A DNA stretch of 64,000 bases from Candidatus Babeliales bacterium (GTDB taxonomy: Bacteria; Babelota; Babeliae; Babelales; JANWKD01): assembly GCA_963722255.1 (NCBI GenBank), contig CAVRJO010000001.1, positions 576,001 to 640,000 of the forward strand. The letters run 5' to 3'. The notes beneath the pieces were generated by a model. That model made no database searches, had not been told where the DNA came from, and was given only the letters and a program-made list of their open reading frames with translations. Below are positions 30,091 through 39,395 of this stretch, piece by piece. Numbering within the stretch: the stretch's first letter is position 1; every line of letters starts with the position of its first letter. A program made the position numbers and the translations under genes.

Positions 30091-30813
30091 ATGATACAAA
30101 AATGGATCGTAAAAGCAGGACTTATTATAATAACAGGTATACTCTGCATACAATTTAGTTCACAAAACAGATCAACAGAAGGCAAAGAAAAACCAACAAC
30201 GAATGTATATGGTATATTGACTGATTCAGAAAATCAAAGCATCTCTGTTCAAAATATAACTATTGCAGGCCGTTTTAATGATATTGCTGTTTACAAAAAA
30301 CCAACCGACCCTAATACAAACCCGGATATTAACAAAACAGTTGTTGATTTATGTGCAGTGAGTGAAATACGAGTTCCTGCACCAAAAATTGTAGAATTCA
30401 ACAAAAGAAAGTATATCGAAATTACACTTATTTCAAATAATGCAAATCCAACGCAAAATGAGTATATTATTGAATATTCCAAAAAACTCTTCTGTGATTA
30501 CGGCTCATTAGAAAAAGAACTCAACTTCACTGCCCTTAAAAGAGTACAAATTCAAGGATGCAAAAAGCAGGAAGAATTGCCAAGAAACTGTCCACCATCA
30601 GCAACACAGACTCCTGCTGCTTTACAACATAAAGCACAACAACAAGCAATAGATTCAACACTTACAAAAACCCAGTCGCTTATTAATGAGTTAGAAAAGA
30701 AAGCAGAAAAATTAGGCAACGAACAAGATTCAACCATCAAAGCTCAAATTTTACAAACCATTGCAGATCTCAAACAATCGGTTCAGGAAACTTTAAAAAA
30801 TTGGTTTGCCTAG
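30091..30813 (+). CDS. Hypothetical exported protein with C-terminal coiled coil
   Basis: AAGGAG RBS before MIQKW; N-terminal hydrophobic helix. Confidence 0.7.
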   Translation: MIQKWIVKAGLIIITGILCIQFSSQNRSTEGKEKPTTNVYGILTDSENQSISVQNITIAGRFNDIAVYKKPTDPNTNPDINKTVVDLCAVSEIRVPAPKIVEFNKRKYIEITLISNNANPTQNEYIIEYSKKLFCDYGSLEKELNFTALKRVQIQGCKKQEELPRNCPPSATQTPAALQHKAQQQAIDSTLTKTQSLINELEKKAEKLGNEQDSTIKAQILQTIADLKQSVQETLKNWFA

Positions 30814-30885
30814 AGGATATAATTATTCGTATACTATTCACAGTAAAAATATATCGTATAAACAAATTGAACCCGAAGGATCCTC

Positions 30886-31206
30886 ATGCCCGTTACCATT
30901 ACAAAGGACAATTTTGAACGCGAAATTACTCAATCATCATTGCCGGTTGTTTTAGATGTCTATGCAACATGGTGTGGACCTTGCCTTCAAATGGCTCCAA
31001 TCTTTGATGAGTTAGAAGTAGAATATGGCAATAAATATAAGTTTGTAAAACTTAATGTAGATGAATCTCGTGAATTAGCGATTAATTATGGTGTCACTGC
31101 AATTCCAACCTTTATTTTCATTAAAAACAATGAGATTAAAGGAAAAGAGACCGGTTATATGACCAAAGATGCATTGGTCCACAAAATCAATGAACTTTTA
31201 GGTTAA
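30886..31206 (+). CDS. trxA: Thioredoxin
   Basis: WCGPC active site, 106 aa. Confidence 0.95.
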   Translation: MPVTITKDNFEREITQSSLPVVLDVYATWCGPCLQMAPIFDELEVEYGNKYKFVKLNVDESRELAINYGVTAIPTFIFIKNNEIKGKETGYMTKDALVHKINELLG

Positions 31207-31221
31207 GATAGAATGCTGAGT

Positions 31222-31264
31222 AATAATGAAGATATAGAGCAGCCTTTATATCTTCATTATTTTA
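31222..31264 (+). terminator. Intrinsic terminator after thioredoxin
   Basis: AATAATGAAGATATA...TATATCTTCATTATT followed by T-run. Confidence 0.65.
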
Positions 31265-31393
31265 TAAATCTCATTGAACACAAATGAACTCTTTGGGGTA
31301 GCATACATTCAATAAAAAAATGGTTTGACTTTATAACTTTTTATAATTAGGTTCTTGATTGTAAAAAATACCTTTTAACAAAACAGGAAAGTC

Positions 31394-32131
31394 ATGAAGA
31401 AAATCGTTACTAGTTTCTTATTGATTAATGCACTAGCCTTAACTATTCTAGTATTGGTTAAAGCTCTACCCCTAAATTTTTATAATAAAGCTGAAGAGCC
31501 TAAATACCACAGCCAATGTGGCCAAGATTCGTATATTAACAAAAATTTTTTTCCTAATAAAAAGGATGGAGTTTATGTCGAAATTGGAGCTCATAACGGC
31601 CTTACCTTTAGTAATTCACTTTTTTTTGAACAACTTGGTTGGCGAGGTATGTGCATTGAACCAATTGCTGAAGAATTTGAAAATTTACGTCGCAATAGAA
31701 ATGAAAAATGTATTTGCATCAATGGAGCCATCGCTGACTTTTCCGGTAAAGGAAGATTTCTCTATGCAAAGGGTTCTGCAGACATGCTCAGCGGTCTTAT
31801 AGATAAATATGATCCTCGTCATCTGGAAATTGTTAAAGCCTCAGGGAGCAATGGCGAATTCATTGAAAGAGATGTAGACTGTTTCAAGCTCAATGATCTT
31901 TTAGAAAAACATAACATGTACCATGTTGATTATTTAAGTATTGATACTGAGGGCGGAGAATTAGATATTCTCAAAACAATCGACTTTTCAAAATTTGATA
32001 TCGATGTAATTACTATTGAAGATAACTATGGCTACCCTGAAATAAGAACACTCATGCGTGAAAAAGGATTTGTCCTTATCACCTACCTAAGCCAAGACCT
32101 TCTTTATAGAAATAAAAAATATTGCTCATAA
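31394..32131 (+). CDS. FkbM-family methyltransferase with signal/anchor peptide
   Basis: SQCGQD, YVEIGAHNG, CIEP, DYLSIDTEGGE. Confidence 0.92.
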   Translation: MKKIVTSFLLINALALTILVLVKALPLNFYNKAEEPKYHSQCGQDSYINKNFFPNKKDGVYVEIGAHNGLTFSNSLFFEQLGWRGMCIEPIAEEFENLRRNRNEKCICINGAIADFSGKGRFLYAKGSADMLSGLIDKYDPRHLEIVKASGSNGEFIERDVDCFKLNDLLEKHNMYHVDYLSIDTEGGELDILKTIDFSKFDIDVITIEDNYGYPEIRTLMREKGFVLITYLSQDLLYRNKKYCS

Positions 32132-32181
32132 ATAATAAAAATTGAATGGTGTAAACATATCTTTTTTTACACCATCTTTTT

Positions 32182-32700
32182 TTAAATGACTGCCATAATT
32201 TCTCGTGCAAATTCTCTTGCATGGCTAGGGCCTTCTGCTGTCACAATACGCCCATCGGTAACCACTCCGGATTCATCATCATAGATAACTGCATGTTTAT
32301 CAAAAATTTCTTTTAATGCTTTATCTCCATCCCAACCTGTTGCTGTTTTAGCAGCCAATGCACCCGCTTTAGCCAATATACGGCTTGCACTGCAAATGCC
32401 GGCAATAAGTTTTTCTGCCATCACTGCTTTTTGGATAACGCGATAGCTCGCATCATTATCTAAAAGTTCCAATGCCCCGGGGCCGCCGACAAATACAATG
32501 CCATCACACGTCAATGGATCAAAGTGTGATAATGCCAGATCAACCTTTGTTGTTGTGCCATCTTCTGCCACTGCTGTTCCCGGTTTATCACTCACCGTCA
32601 CCACCGCATAGCCGGCCTCTTCAAGCATCTTTTTTGGAATACCATATTCAACGGGCTGATAGTTCTTGTGTGCAATAACTAACGCAATTTTTTTTACCAT
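32182..32700 (-). CDS. DJ-1/PfpI family protein
   Basis: E near the N-terminus, FVGGPG, AGIC nucleophile, DGRIVTA.GP. Confidence 0.92.
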   Translation of the reverse strand: MVKKIALVIAHKNYQPVEYGIPKKMLEEAGYAVVTVSDKPGTAVAEDGTTTKVDLALSHFDPLTCDGIVFVGGPGALELLDNDASYRVIQKAVMAEKLIAGICSASRILAKAGALAAKTATGWDGDKALKEIFDKHAVIYDDESGVVTDGRIVTAEGPSHAREFAREIMAVI

Positions 32701-32889
32701 TATTCACTCCTTTGTATCTATTCTATTGATTGGATCATCACGACCCATGCTCCGCCAATGCTGCGCAGAGGATCTCATGATGACCACATGTTAACATATG
32801 GTCATTTACAAAGATTAATAACTATCTTAAGCTTTTTGCAACTAATCACAGTAAATCATTACCTAAATTATATGTAGGATGTAAAACGC

Positions 32890-33216
32890 ATGATAAAAAA
32901 CATGTATAAATATTTTTTTCTTACAGCATCTCTGCTCTTTTTTACACCAAAGACAATGGCCAATGCTGAAGAAGAGCCCGTAGTAACTGAAACTATGATT
33001 ATAGAAGATGAAGATTCTGATTCGGTTTTTTATGATCATCTTGATTATTTAGCTGATCATCAACCGGAAACAGTAGAGCAGCAATCACCTATGCTTCAAT
33101 GGCTCAAAAACAAATTTGGTCCTCTTTATATAGCTCTTCTTTTTCAGTTAGGCCGGACACAAGATTATTTCGCTAAAAAATGGCAAGCTCTTAAACGCTC
33201 TTTACCACTCTACTAA
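32890..33216 (+). CDS. Hypothetical exported protein
   Basis: 108-aa ORF, signal-like N-terminus, 2 bp upstream of rsmE. Confidence 0.65.
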   Translation: MIKNMYKYFFLTASLLFFTPKTMANAEEEPVVTETMIIEDEDSDSVFYDHLDYLADHQPETVEQQSPMLQWLKNKFGPLYIALLFQLGRTQDYFAKKWQALKRSLPLY

Positions 33217-33218
33217 CC

Positions 33219-33980
33219 ATGAAGCATGAACTTACGAGCCATATTTTCGCACTACATATTCAACCAGTTCCTGAATCTACTCCGGGTGGAACAATTACCA
33301 TTTCAAATAAGGATTTCTACTTTCGTATAGTTACGGTTCTTAGGTTAAATGCGGGAGCACCCCTTATTCTTTTTGACCACAATCATCACCTAACGTGCAC
33401 GATTGATGAGATTACAAAAAAAGATATTCGATTGACCGTTAACAAAAGAGATGAAAATGATCGTTATTCTCCTGAAATTACCTGCATTGTTCCCCTTTTA
33501 AAACGTGAAGCTTTAGAGACTCTTATTGATTCTTTAACACAACTTGGTGCAACAACAATTCAGATGACGACAACCCAAAAATCGCATCGCACAAAATTGG
33601 ACCAAAAAGAGTTTGATCGTCTTGAAAGAATCATGATCGCTGCCGCAGAACAGTCAAAAAACTATAACTATCCCCTATTGAAAAAAGTTGAATCTTTAAT
33701 GAATATACCATTTGATACAGCAAAAACTCCTACCCTGTTTCTGGACCCTGAAGGAGACAACTGTTTTGCTCTAGTAAGCAAACTCAAATCAGCGCCACCA
33801 CAATCTATTACTCTTATTATTGGCCCTGAAGGAGATTTAACCCCGCAAGAAAAAGCATTTTTAGTACAAAAAAAAGTTATGTTCATGGCCCTTACACCAA
33901 CAATCTTACGAGCAGAACAGGCTGCTGCAGTTGCTTTAGGAATTATGCGTTCAACGTTCAACAAGAAAAACAATAATTGA
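33219..33980 (+). CDS. rsmE: 16S rRNA m3U1498 methyltransferase
   Basis: VLRL, AAEQS, IIGPEGDLT, ILRAEQA. Confidence 0.92.
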   Translation: MKHELTSHIFALHIQPVPESTPGGTITISNKDFYFRIVTVLRLNAGAPLILFDHNHHLTCTIDEITKKDIRLTVNKRDENDRYSPEITCIVPLLKREALETLIDSLTQLGATTIQMTTTQKSHRTKLDQKEFDRLERIMIAAAEQSKNYNYPLLKKVESLMNIPFDTAKTPTLFLDPEGDNCFALVSKLKSAPPQSITLIIGPEGDLTPQEKAFLVQKKVMFMALTPTILRAEQAAAVALGIMRSTFNKKNNN

Positions 33981-34041
33981 CAACTGTCACATTTAATAGA
34001 ATAATTAATAGGTATTTCATTAATAACTGAAAGGATCTTCT

Positions 34042-34434
34042 GTGATTACAAAAATAACGCATATTACCTTATTTGTTGACAACCAAGACGATGCACTTCA
34101 TTTTTATACAAATATTTTAGGATTCAAACTTCATACTGACGCAGTTATGGAAAATGGTTTTAGATGGCTCACTCTTTGCCTTAAAAATCAACCTGACGTT
34201 GAACTTGCTCTAATACCCGCAACGACTCCGGAAGAAAAGGCTCTTGTTGGTAAACAAGGCGGTTCCCATCCTCTTTTATGTCTTCAAACAGATGATTGCA
34301 AAAAAGATTATGATTTGCTTAAAGCAAACGGCGTTGTATTCACGCAAGAACCTAAAGAAGAGCCTTGGGGCGTTTCTGCATTATGCAAAGATCTTTATGG
34401 CAATATGTTATATATTAACCAACCGATTCATTAA
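34042..34434 (+). CDS. VOC/glyoxalase family protein
   Basis: HITLFVDNQDDALHFY..LGF, EEPWG, DLYGN. Confidence 0.92.
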   Translation: MITKITHITLFVDNQDDALHFYTNILGFKLHTDAVMENGFRWLTLCLKNQPDVELALIPATTPEEKALVGKQGGSHPLLCLQTDDCKKDYDLLKANGVVFTQEPKEEPWGVSALCKDLYGNMLYINQPIH

Positions 34435-34436
34435 TA

Positions 34437-35426
34437 TTACTGCGATTGTAATTCAAGAAGGGTATTAGATTCACCTTCGATTAATCTAATACCCACCTGA
34501 GAAAAGCTACTATCTTTATACAACAACTTTTGTGGCAATGGTTTAATCTCTAGAGTATATTTTTTATCAAGTGTAAGCAGTATCGGCTCCTTTGCAATTC
34601 TTAATAATTTTCCTTTTTTTTGAGTTAGTTCATAGCGCAAACGGCCATATTTTTGCAAAAGCCGCTTGTTACTTTCTCCATGCCATGTTACTAAATAAAG
34701 TGATGCAACGTGCATCAGACGACAGATCTGAGCTGCATAATCGAGCGTTAAAATAGTAGGTCTTGTTAAAATCAAACTATCTATTTTCATAGATCCAAAA
34801 TTTTCTACAATCTCTTTTATTAACGTATATTCGACCCAATTAGAATTTACTCGTTTACCAATAACGCCCGGATCAATGACCGTAAGCGTTGATCGAGTTT
34901 TTATGAGTGTCACAAAACCACCATTGCATGGTATCTGCTTAATGATTAAAGGCTCTTTACAATCCCATTTGAGCACACTACATATCAAACTTATCAACAC
35001 TATAAAGCATCCGGTTCTTATGAGCGGATTAGAAAGTTTTTTGCAATGAAGAATGAAAAAAGAAGAGAGAAAAATGGTACACAATATCCAAAAAGAAGGC
35101 TTGGCAAAACCAACAAGCCAATGCGAGCTGCCGCATGCAATACACCAGGACCATAGCTGAGTACAACACTCCAACCCATACACCAAATAGCCATTTGGGA
35201 GATGGCAAAGTTCAAAAAAAAAGAGCAAAGAAGAAAGAAGCAAAAACAACGTTAAAAATGGAGAAAAAATCAGATTGCCTACAAGTGACATAATCGAAAT
35301 TGGCAAACCCCATGCAATTAAAATCGGTAATGAAACTAATGCCATAAACAACTGCAATTGAACAAAGAAAATTAGTTTTGATAACAGATTTGTATATAAT
35401 CGTTTCAAATATAAATAAGTTTGCAT
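34437..35426 (-). CDS. ComEC-like C-terminal half (membrane part + degenerate metallo-beta-lactamase domain)
   Basis: LPI......IS..S..GNLI..P membrane motif, VIDPG, IDSLILT; HxHxDH absent. Confidence 0.6.
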   Translation of the reverse strand: MQTYLYLKRLYTNLLSKLIFFVQLQLFMALVSLPILIAWGLPISIMSLVGNLIFSPFLTLFLLLSSLLFFFELCHLPNGYLVYGLECCTQLWSWCIACGSSHWLVGFAKPSFWILCTIFLSSFFILHCKKLSNPLIRTGCFIVLISLICSVLKWDCKEPLIIKQIPCNGGFVTLIKTRSTLTVIDPGVIGKRVNSNWVEYTLIKEIVENFGSMKIDSLILTRPTILTLDYAAQICRLMHVASLYLVTWHGESNKRLLQKYGRLRYELTQKKGKLLRIAKEPILLTLDKKYTLEIKPLPQKLLYKDSSFSQVGIRLIEGESNTLLELQSQ

Positions 35427-35622
35427 GAATGATTCGAGGAATAAAAGATTATTTTTTCTTTTTATAATACTCAAATTATAACTATTTGGCGAATTATATT
35501 TTTATTTGTGTTTCTTATTGTGTTTTTGGCTTAATAAAAATATTTTATTAAAGGTATATTGAGTGTCCAATATACCTTAGTAAAAAAACTTTGTGGCAAA
35601 CAAAATACCTAAGAAAAATAAT

Positions 35623-36486
35623 TTATGCCTGGCCGGCACGAGGCTGTTCATGAATATCTCTATTTAAAAGGGTCACCTCAATCGATGGATTAAAGCGCAA
35701 TGATGCTGCACTCAAATTTGATGATGTTCTAATTAATTTTGCACATTTCGATAAGAGCATACAATCCAGAACTGCATCCTCTCCTTTTTTATAATTATAC
35801 GCGCCTCTGTGAGACGTATAATGCACAGGATATCCATTTGCTGAACGTATCGCATCAACTGCTAAAATTTTTCCGGGAAAATTTTTACGCATTTCTTCAA
35901 GAAATTTTTCTTCATCAGTTGCAACAAATATTTTTATATTTTTGTCTTTTTCTTCTTCAGCTTTGAGAAGCTTGATAAGCACGTCATAGCCAACCTTCGG
36001 AGCTTCTATTATTTTATCTGTTCCTCGGTAATGAACTCCTATAACGCGATGACCTTTAAAATGATCACTAACAAATTGATCAATCTTTTTTTGTAGATGT
36101 GGTTTTATTTTTACATACTTTTTAATGAGTTCCTGTCCTCTTTCAACAGACATCTGATGAGCTGCAATAATAGAAAATCCGGAATGTTTATCGTCATGAA
36201 ATATTTTAATATTCTTCTTATCAACATTAAATTCAATAGGTTCAAAATAGTAGTTCCACCAATTGTAACCATGCTTAGCATCGTAATATAAACCTTTTGT
36301 TTCAAAATCGACAACAAGGCCCGTACAGTCTTCGGTGGACTTATCATAAAAATCCAAAGCACCCAATACAGTAAAAAATTCACTAAAAAAACCGGGATTA
36401 TAATGTGTTGCTGTAAGCTTATATGTTATCGGATATATTGCATGAGTCATAATAAGAAAATAAAAAATAATAGTATTAATCTTCAT
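35623..36486 (-). CDS. NodZ-like fucosyltransferase (GT23/GT11 clan), paralog 1
   Basis: GFFS, NWW.YYFEP, IGVHYRGTDK, IFVATDE, D.MLLSKC, SNLS; signal peptide. Confidence 0.85.
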   Translation of the reverse strand: MKINTIIFYFLIMTHAIYPITYKLTATHYNPGFFSEFFTVLGALDFYDKSTEDCTGLVVDFETKGLYYDAKHGYNWWNYYFEPIEFNVDKKNIKIFHDDKHSGFSIIAAHQMSVERGQELIKKYVKIKPHLQKKIDQFVSDHFKGHRVIGVHYRGTDKIIEAPKVGYDVLIKLLKAEEEKDKNIKIFVATDEEKFLEEMRKNFPGKILAVDAIRSANGYPVHYTSHRGAYNYKKGEDAVLDCMLLSKCAKLIRTSSNLSAASLRFNPSIEVTLLNRDIHEQPRAGQA

Positions 36487-36549
36487 AAAGAATTAACTTT
36501 CAATAAAACTGTTAGTATAGCTCCAAAAATATGGCTCGTTCACTCTAAC

Positions 36550-37425
36550 TCATCGTTTATTAAAAACACAATGCTCCAAATCCATTTCATGAATTCCTCT
36601 ACTTAAAAGAATAACATCCATAAATGGATTAAATCTCGCTGATGCTGAACTCAAATTTGATGAAGTTTTATAGAGTTTTGAACATTTTGATAATAAAATA
36701 CAATCCATAACAGCGTCTTCTCCTTTTTTATAATTATAAGCCCCATTATGCGATGTATAATGAACAGGATATCCACCTTGAGAGCGAAGTACAGAAGCTG
36801 CAATGATCTTTCCCGGAAAATTTTTATACATCTCTTTAAGAAACTTTTCCTCATCTGTTGCAACAAAAATTTTTAGATTTGGATCTTGAGCACACTCATT
36901 TTTCATAAGTTTAATCATTACTTTATAGGGCACAAGTGGCGATTCTGTTGATTTATCAGTCCCTCGATAATGAACCCCGATCACATGATGACCCTCAAAA
37001 TGCTCTTTTACAAATTCATCTATCTTTTTTTGTAGATGTGGTTTTAACTTTATATATTTTTGAATAAGTTCATATCCTCGCTCACGTGACATTTGATAGC
37101 CTGCAGTTACAGAAAAAAAGGAATGTTTATTTTTTGGAAATATTTCTCGTGGAGGGTTGTCTACACCAAGATTTATAGGCTCAAAATAATATTCCCACCA
37201 ATTAGGACCATACTTGACATCGTAATATAATCCTTGTTTGCCAAAATCGACAATAAGACCATCACAATTATCTATCCCCTTTTCATAAAAGTCTAATGCC
37301 CCAACAACGCTAAAAAATATACTAAAAAATCCGGGGTTTTGTGGCGTCGCTCCAAGATAATATGTTATTGGATAGAGGGTATGACACATAATAAAAAAAT
37401 AAAAAATAATAATGTTTTTCTTCAT
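36550..37425 (-). CDS. NodZ-like fucosyltransferase, paralog 2
   Basis: Tandem duplicate with the same motifs and a signal peptide. Confidence 0.85.
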   Translation of the reverse strand: MKKNIIIFYFFIMCHTLYPITYYLGATPQNPGFFSIFFSVVGALDFYEKGIDNCDGLIVDFGKQGLYYDVKYGPNWWEYYFEPINLGVDNPPREIFPKNKHSFFSVTAGYQMSRERGYELIQKYIKLKPHLQKKIDEFVKEHFEGHHVIGVHYRGTDKSTESPLVPYKVMIKLMKNECAQDPNLKIFVATDEEKFLKEMYKNFPGKIIAASVLRSQGGYPVHYTSHNGAYNYKKGEDAVMDCILLSKCSKLYKTSSNLSSASARFNPFMDVILLSRGIHEMDLEHCVFNKR

Positions 37426-37630
37426 AAAAATTTCTCCAACTCGTTATAAATTCCAAAAACTGCTTTGGCTCCTTCTATTCATGTAAAAATTTCAACTCTA
37501 TCTTGAGAAGATTAATCGTAAAAAATAATATTTGTCAAACTTACTCGCATGGAAATTATTACTAAAGTTGCAAAAGCCTACAATTTGATTAAATTCTACT
37601 CATAATTGTTACCCAAGTCGGAGTTAGTAG

Positions 37631-38635
37631 ATGAAAAAAAAAATCTCAATAATCATACCAATTTACAATGAAGAAGCCATATTAAACCTCCTGTATAATA
37701 AAATCAATACGGTAATTGAACAGATAAATAGCAAATATGTTTATGAAATTATTTTCATCAATGATGGTAGCCGTGATAGCTCATGGCAGATTATTAGCAA
37801 TTTCGCGGCCTCAGATTCTCATATTAAAGCAATCAATTTTAGCAGAAACTTTGGGCAACAAATGGCTTTGACTGCAGGGTATGATTATGCTTCAGGAGAT
37901 GCCATCATTACGCTTGATGCTGACTTGCAAGATCCTCCACATCTTATAGTTGAAATGATAGAAGCTTGGGAAAAAGGATCTAAAATTGTGTATGCAAAAA
38001 GAATCGAAAGGAATGATTCTTTCCTTAAAAATGTAACTGCAAAGCTCTATTGCAGATTTTTGGATTATATGTCGGATATTAAAATTCCTTACGACGTTGG
38101 TGATTTTCGTTTAATTGATAAAGTAGTTTTACAAGCACTGCGTTCTTGTCGAGAAAAATCGAGATTTTTACGAGGAATGGTCGCATGGACAGGATTTACT
38201 TATACATTCGTAAATTTTACAAGACCTGAACGCAATACGGGCAAAAGCGCTTACACATGGGCAAAACTATTTAAAATTGCTGTTGATGGATTAACCGGCT
38301 TTTCATTATTTCCCCTTAAGCTTGCAGCATTTGTTGGAATATTTGTTACTATAACGGGAATGCTCATGTTCAGCTATATCACGCTGGATGCATTATTTTT
38401 CGATGGTGTTTATCCTTTGTTCAAATGGCTTGTTACCATAATATATATTTTTATGGGAGTACAGTTTGGGCTTTTGTGGCTCATTGGAGAATATATTGGA
38501 AGAATTCATGATCAGCTTAAAAATAGACCTTTGTATATTATTGAAGAAACGATTGATCATGATTTGTATTCCATGCAAAAATCTGAATATATGAAGCCTC
38601 AATCAAATAAACCTGTTAACACATTATATTTTTAA
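37631..38635 (+). CDS. GT2 polyprenol-phosphate glycosyltransferase (GtrB/ArnC-like)
   Basis: IPIYNEE, NDGSRD, FSRNFG, DADLQDPP, GDFRL, 2 C-terminal TM, RPLYII. Confidence 0.93.
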   Translation: MKKKISIIIPIYNEEAILNLLYNKINTVIEQINSKYVYEIIFINDGSRDSSWQIISNFAASDSHIKAINFSRNFGQQMALTAGYDYASGDAIITLDADLQDPPHLIVEMIEAWEKGSKIVYAKRIERNDSFLKNVTAKLYCRFLDYMSDIKIPYDVGDFRLIDKVVLQALRSCREKSRFLRGMVAWTGFTYTFVNFTRPERNTGKSAYTWAKLFKIAVDGLTGFSLFPLKLAAFVGIFVTITGMLMFSYITLDALFFDGVYPLFKWLVTIIYIFMGVQFGLLWLIGEYIGRIHDQLKNRPLYIIEETIDHDLYSMQKSEYMKPQSNKPVNTLYF

Positions 38636-38686
38636 TACCTTTACAAAAAACTTTTGCATACTATTGTGCTAAAAAAAGGAGAATGA

Positions 38687-39382
38687 ATGAAAGCAGAATT
38701 TGATCTATACATAAAAGGGTACCGCGATGAAATCGATAAAAATCTTATAAGATTTTCCGGAGAATCAAGTAACTTTTTTGCAGATTATAAAGCATTAAAA
38801 TTAAAAGAATGGCTTCCTGAATATGGTAACAAGTCTCCCTTAATTGCTGATTTTGGCTGTGGTGACGGGTTAATGGCTTCCTATATTGCTAACTATTTTC
38901 CCCAAGCTAAAATCCATGGTATAGATCCATCTCCCGAGAGCATTAAAGTAGCCCAACAAAAATATCCACATTTTCATTTTACCATTAATTCTGATCAAAA
39001 ATCAGATCTCGATTTTGATGATAATTATTTTGATATTATCTATTCAGCGGGAACATTTCATCATATACCATTCAAATATCATGAAGGATATATACAAGAG
39101 ATTCATAGAATTTTAAAACCAAATGGAATCTTTATTCTTTACGAACTTAATCCTTTAAATCCATTAACATCATTAATATTTAGATTAAGTCCAATAGAAG
39201 TAAATGCCAAAATGCTTAATCCATGGTATGCATATCGGCTTCTTAAAAATTATGGAAAATTAACAAGAAAATTTAACTTCTTCTTTCCAAAATTTTTATC
39301 ATTCCTACGCCCAATAGAAAAATATATGACCAAGATACCATGTGGCGGATTATACGCCATTATGGTAAGGAAATCAAAATAG
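38687..39382 (+). CDS. Class I SAM-dependent methyltransferase
   Basis: DFGCGDG, GIDPS, FDII, FHHIP, RILKPNG. Confidence 0.92.
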   Translation: MKAEFDLYIKGYRDEIDKNLIRFSGESSNFFADYKALKLKEWLPEYGNKSPLIADFGCGDGLMASYIANYFPQAKIHGIDPSPESIKVAQQKYPHFHFTINSDQKSDLDFDDNYFDIIYSAGTFHHIPFKYHEGYIQEIHRILKPNGIFILYELNPLNPLTSLIFRLSPIEVNAKMLNPWYAYRLLKNYGKLTRKFNFFFPKFLSFLRPIEKYMTKIPCGGLYAIMVRKSK

Positions 39383-39395
39383 TGAGTAGTTAATA

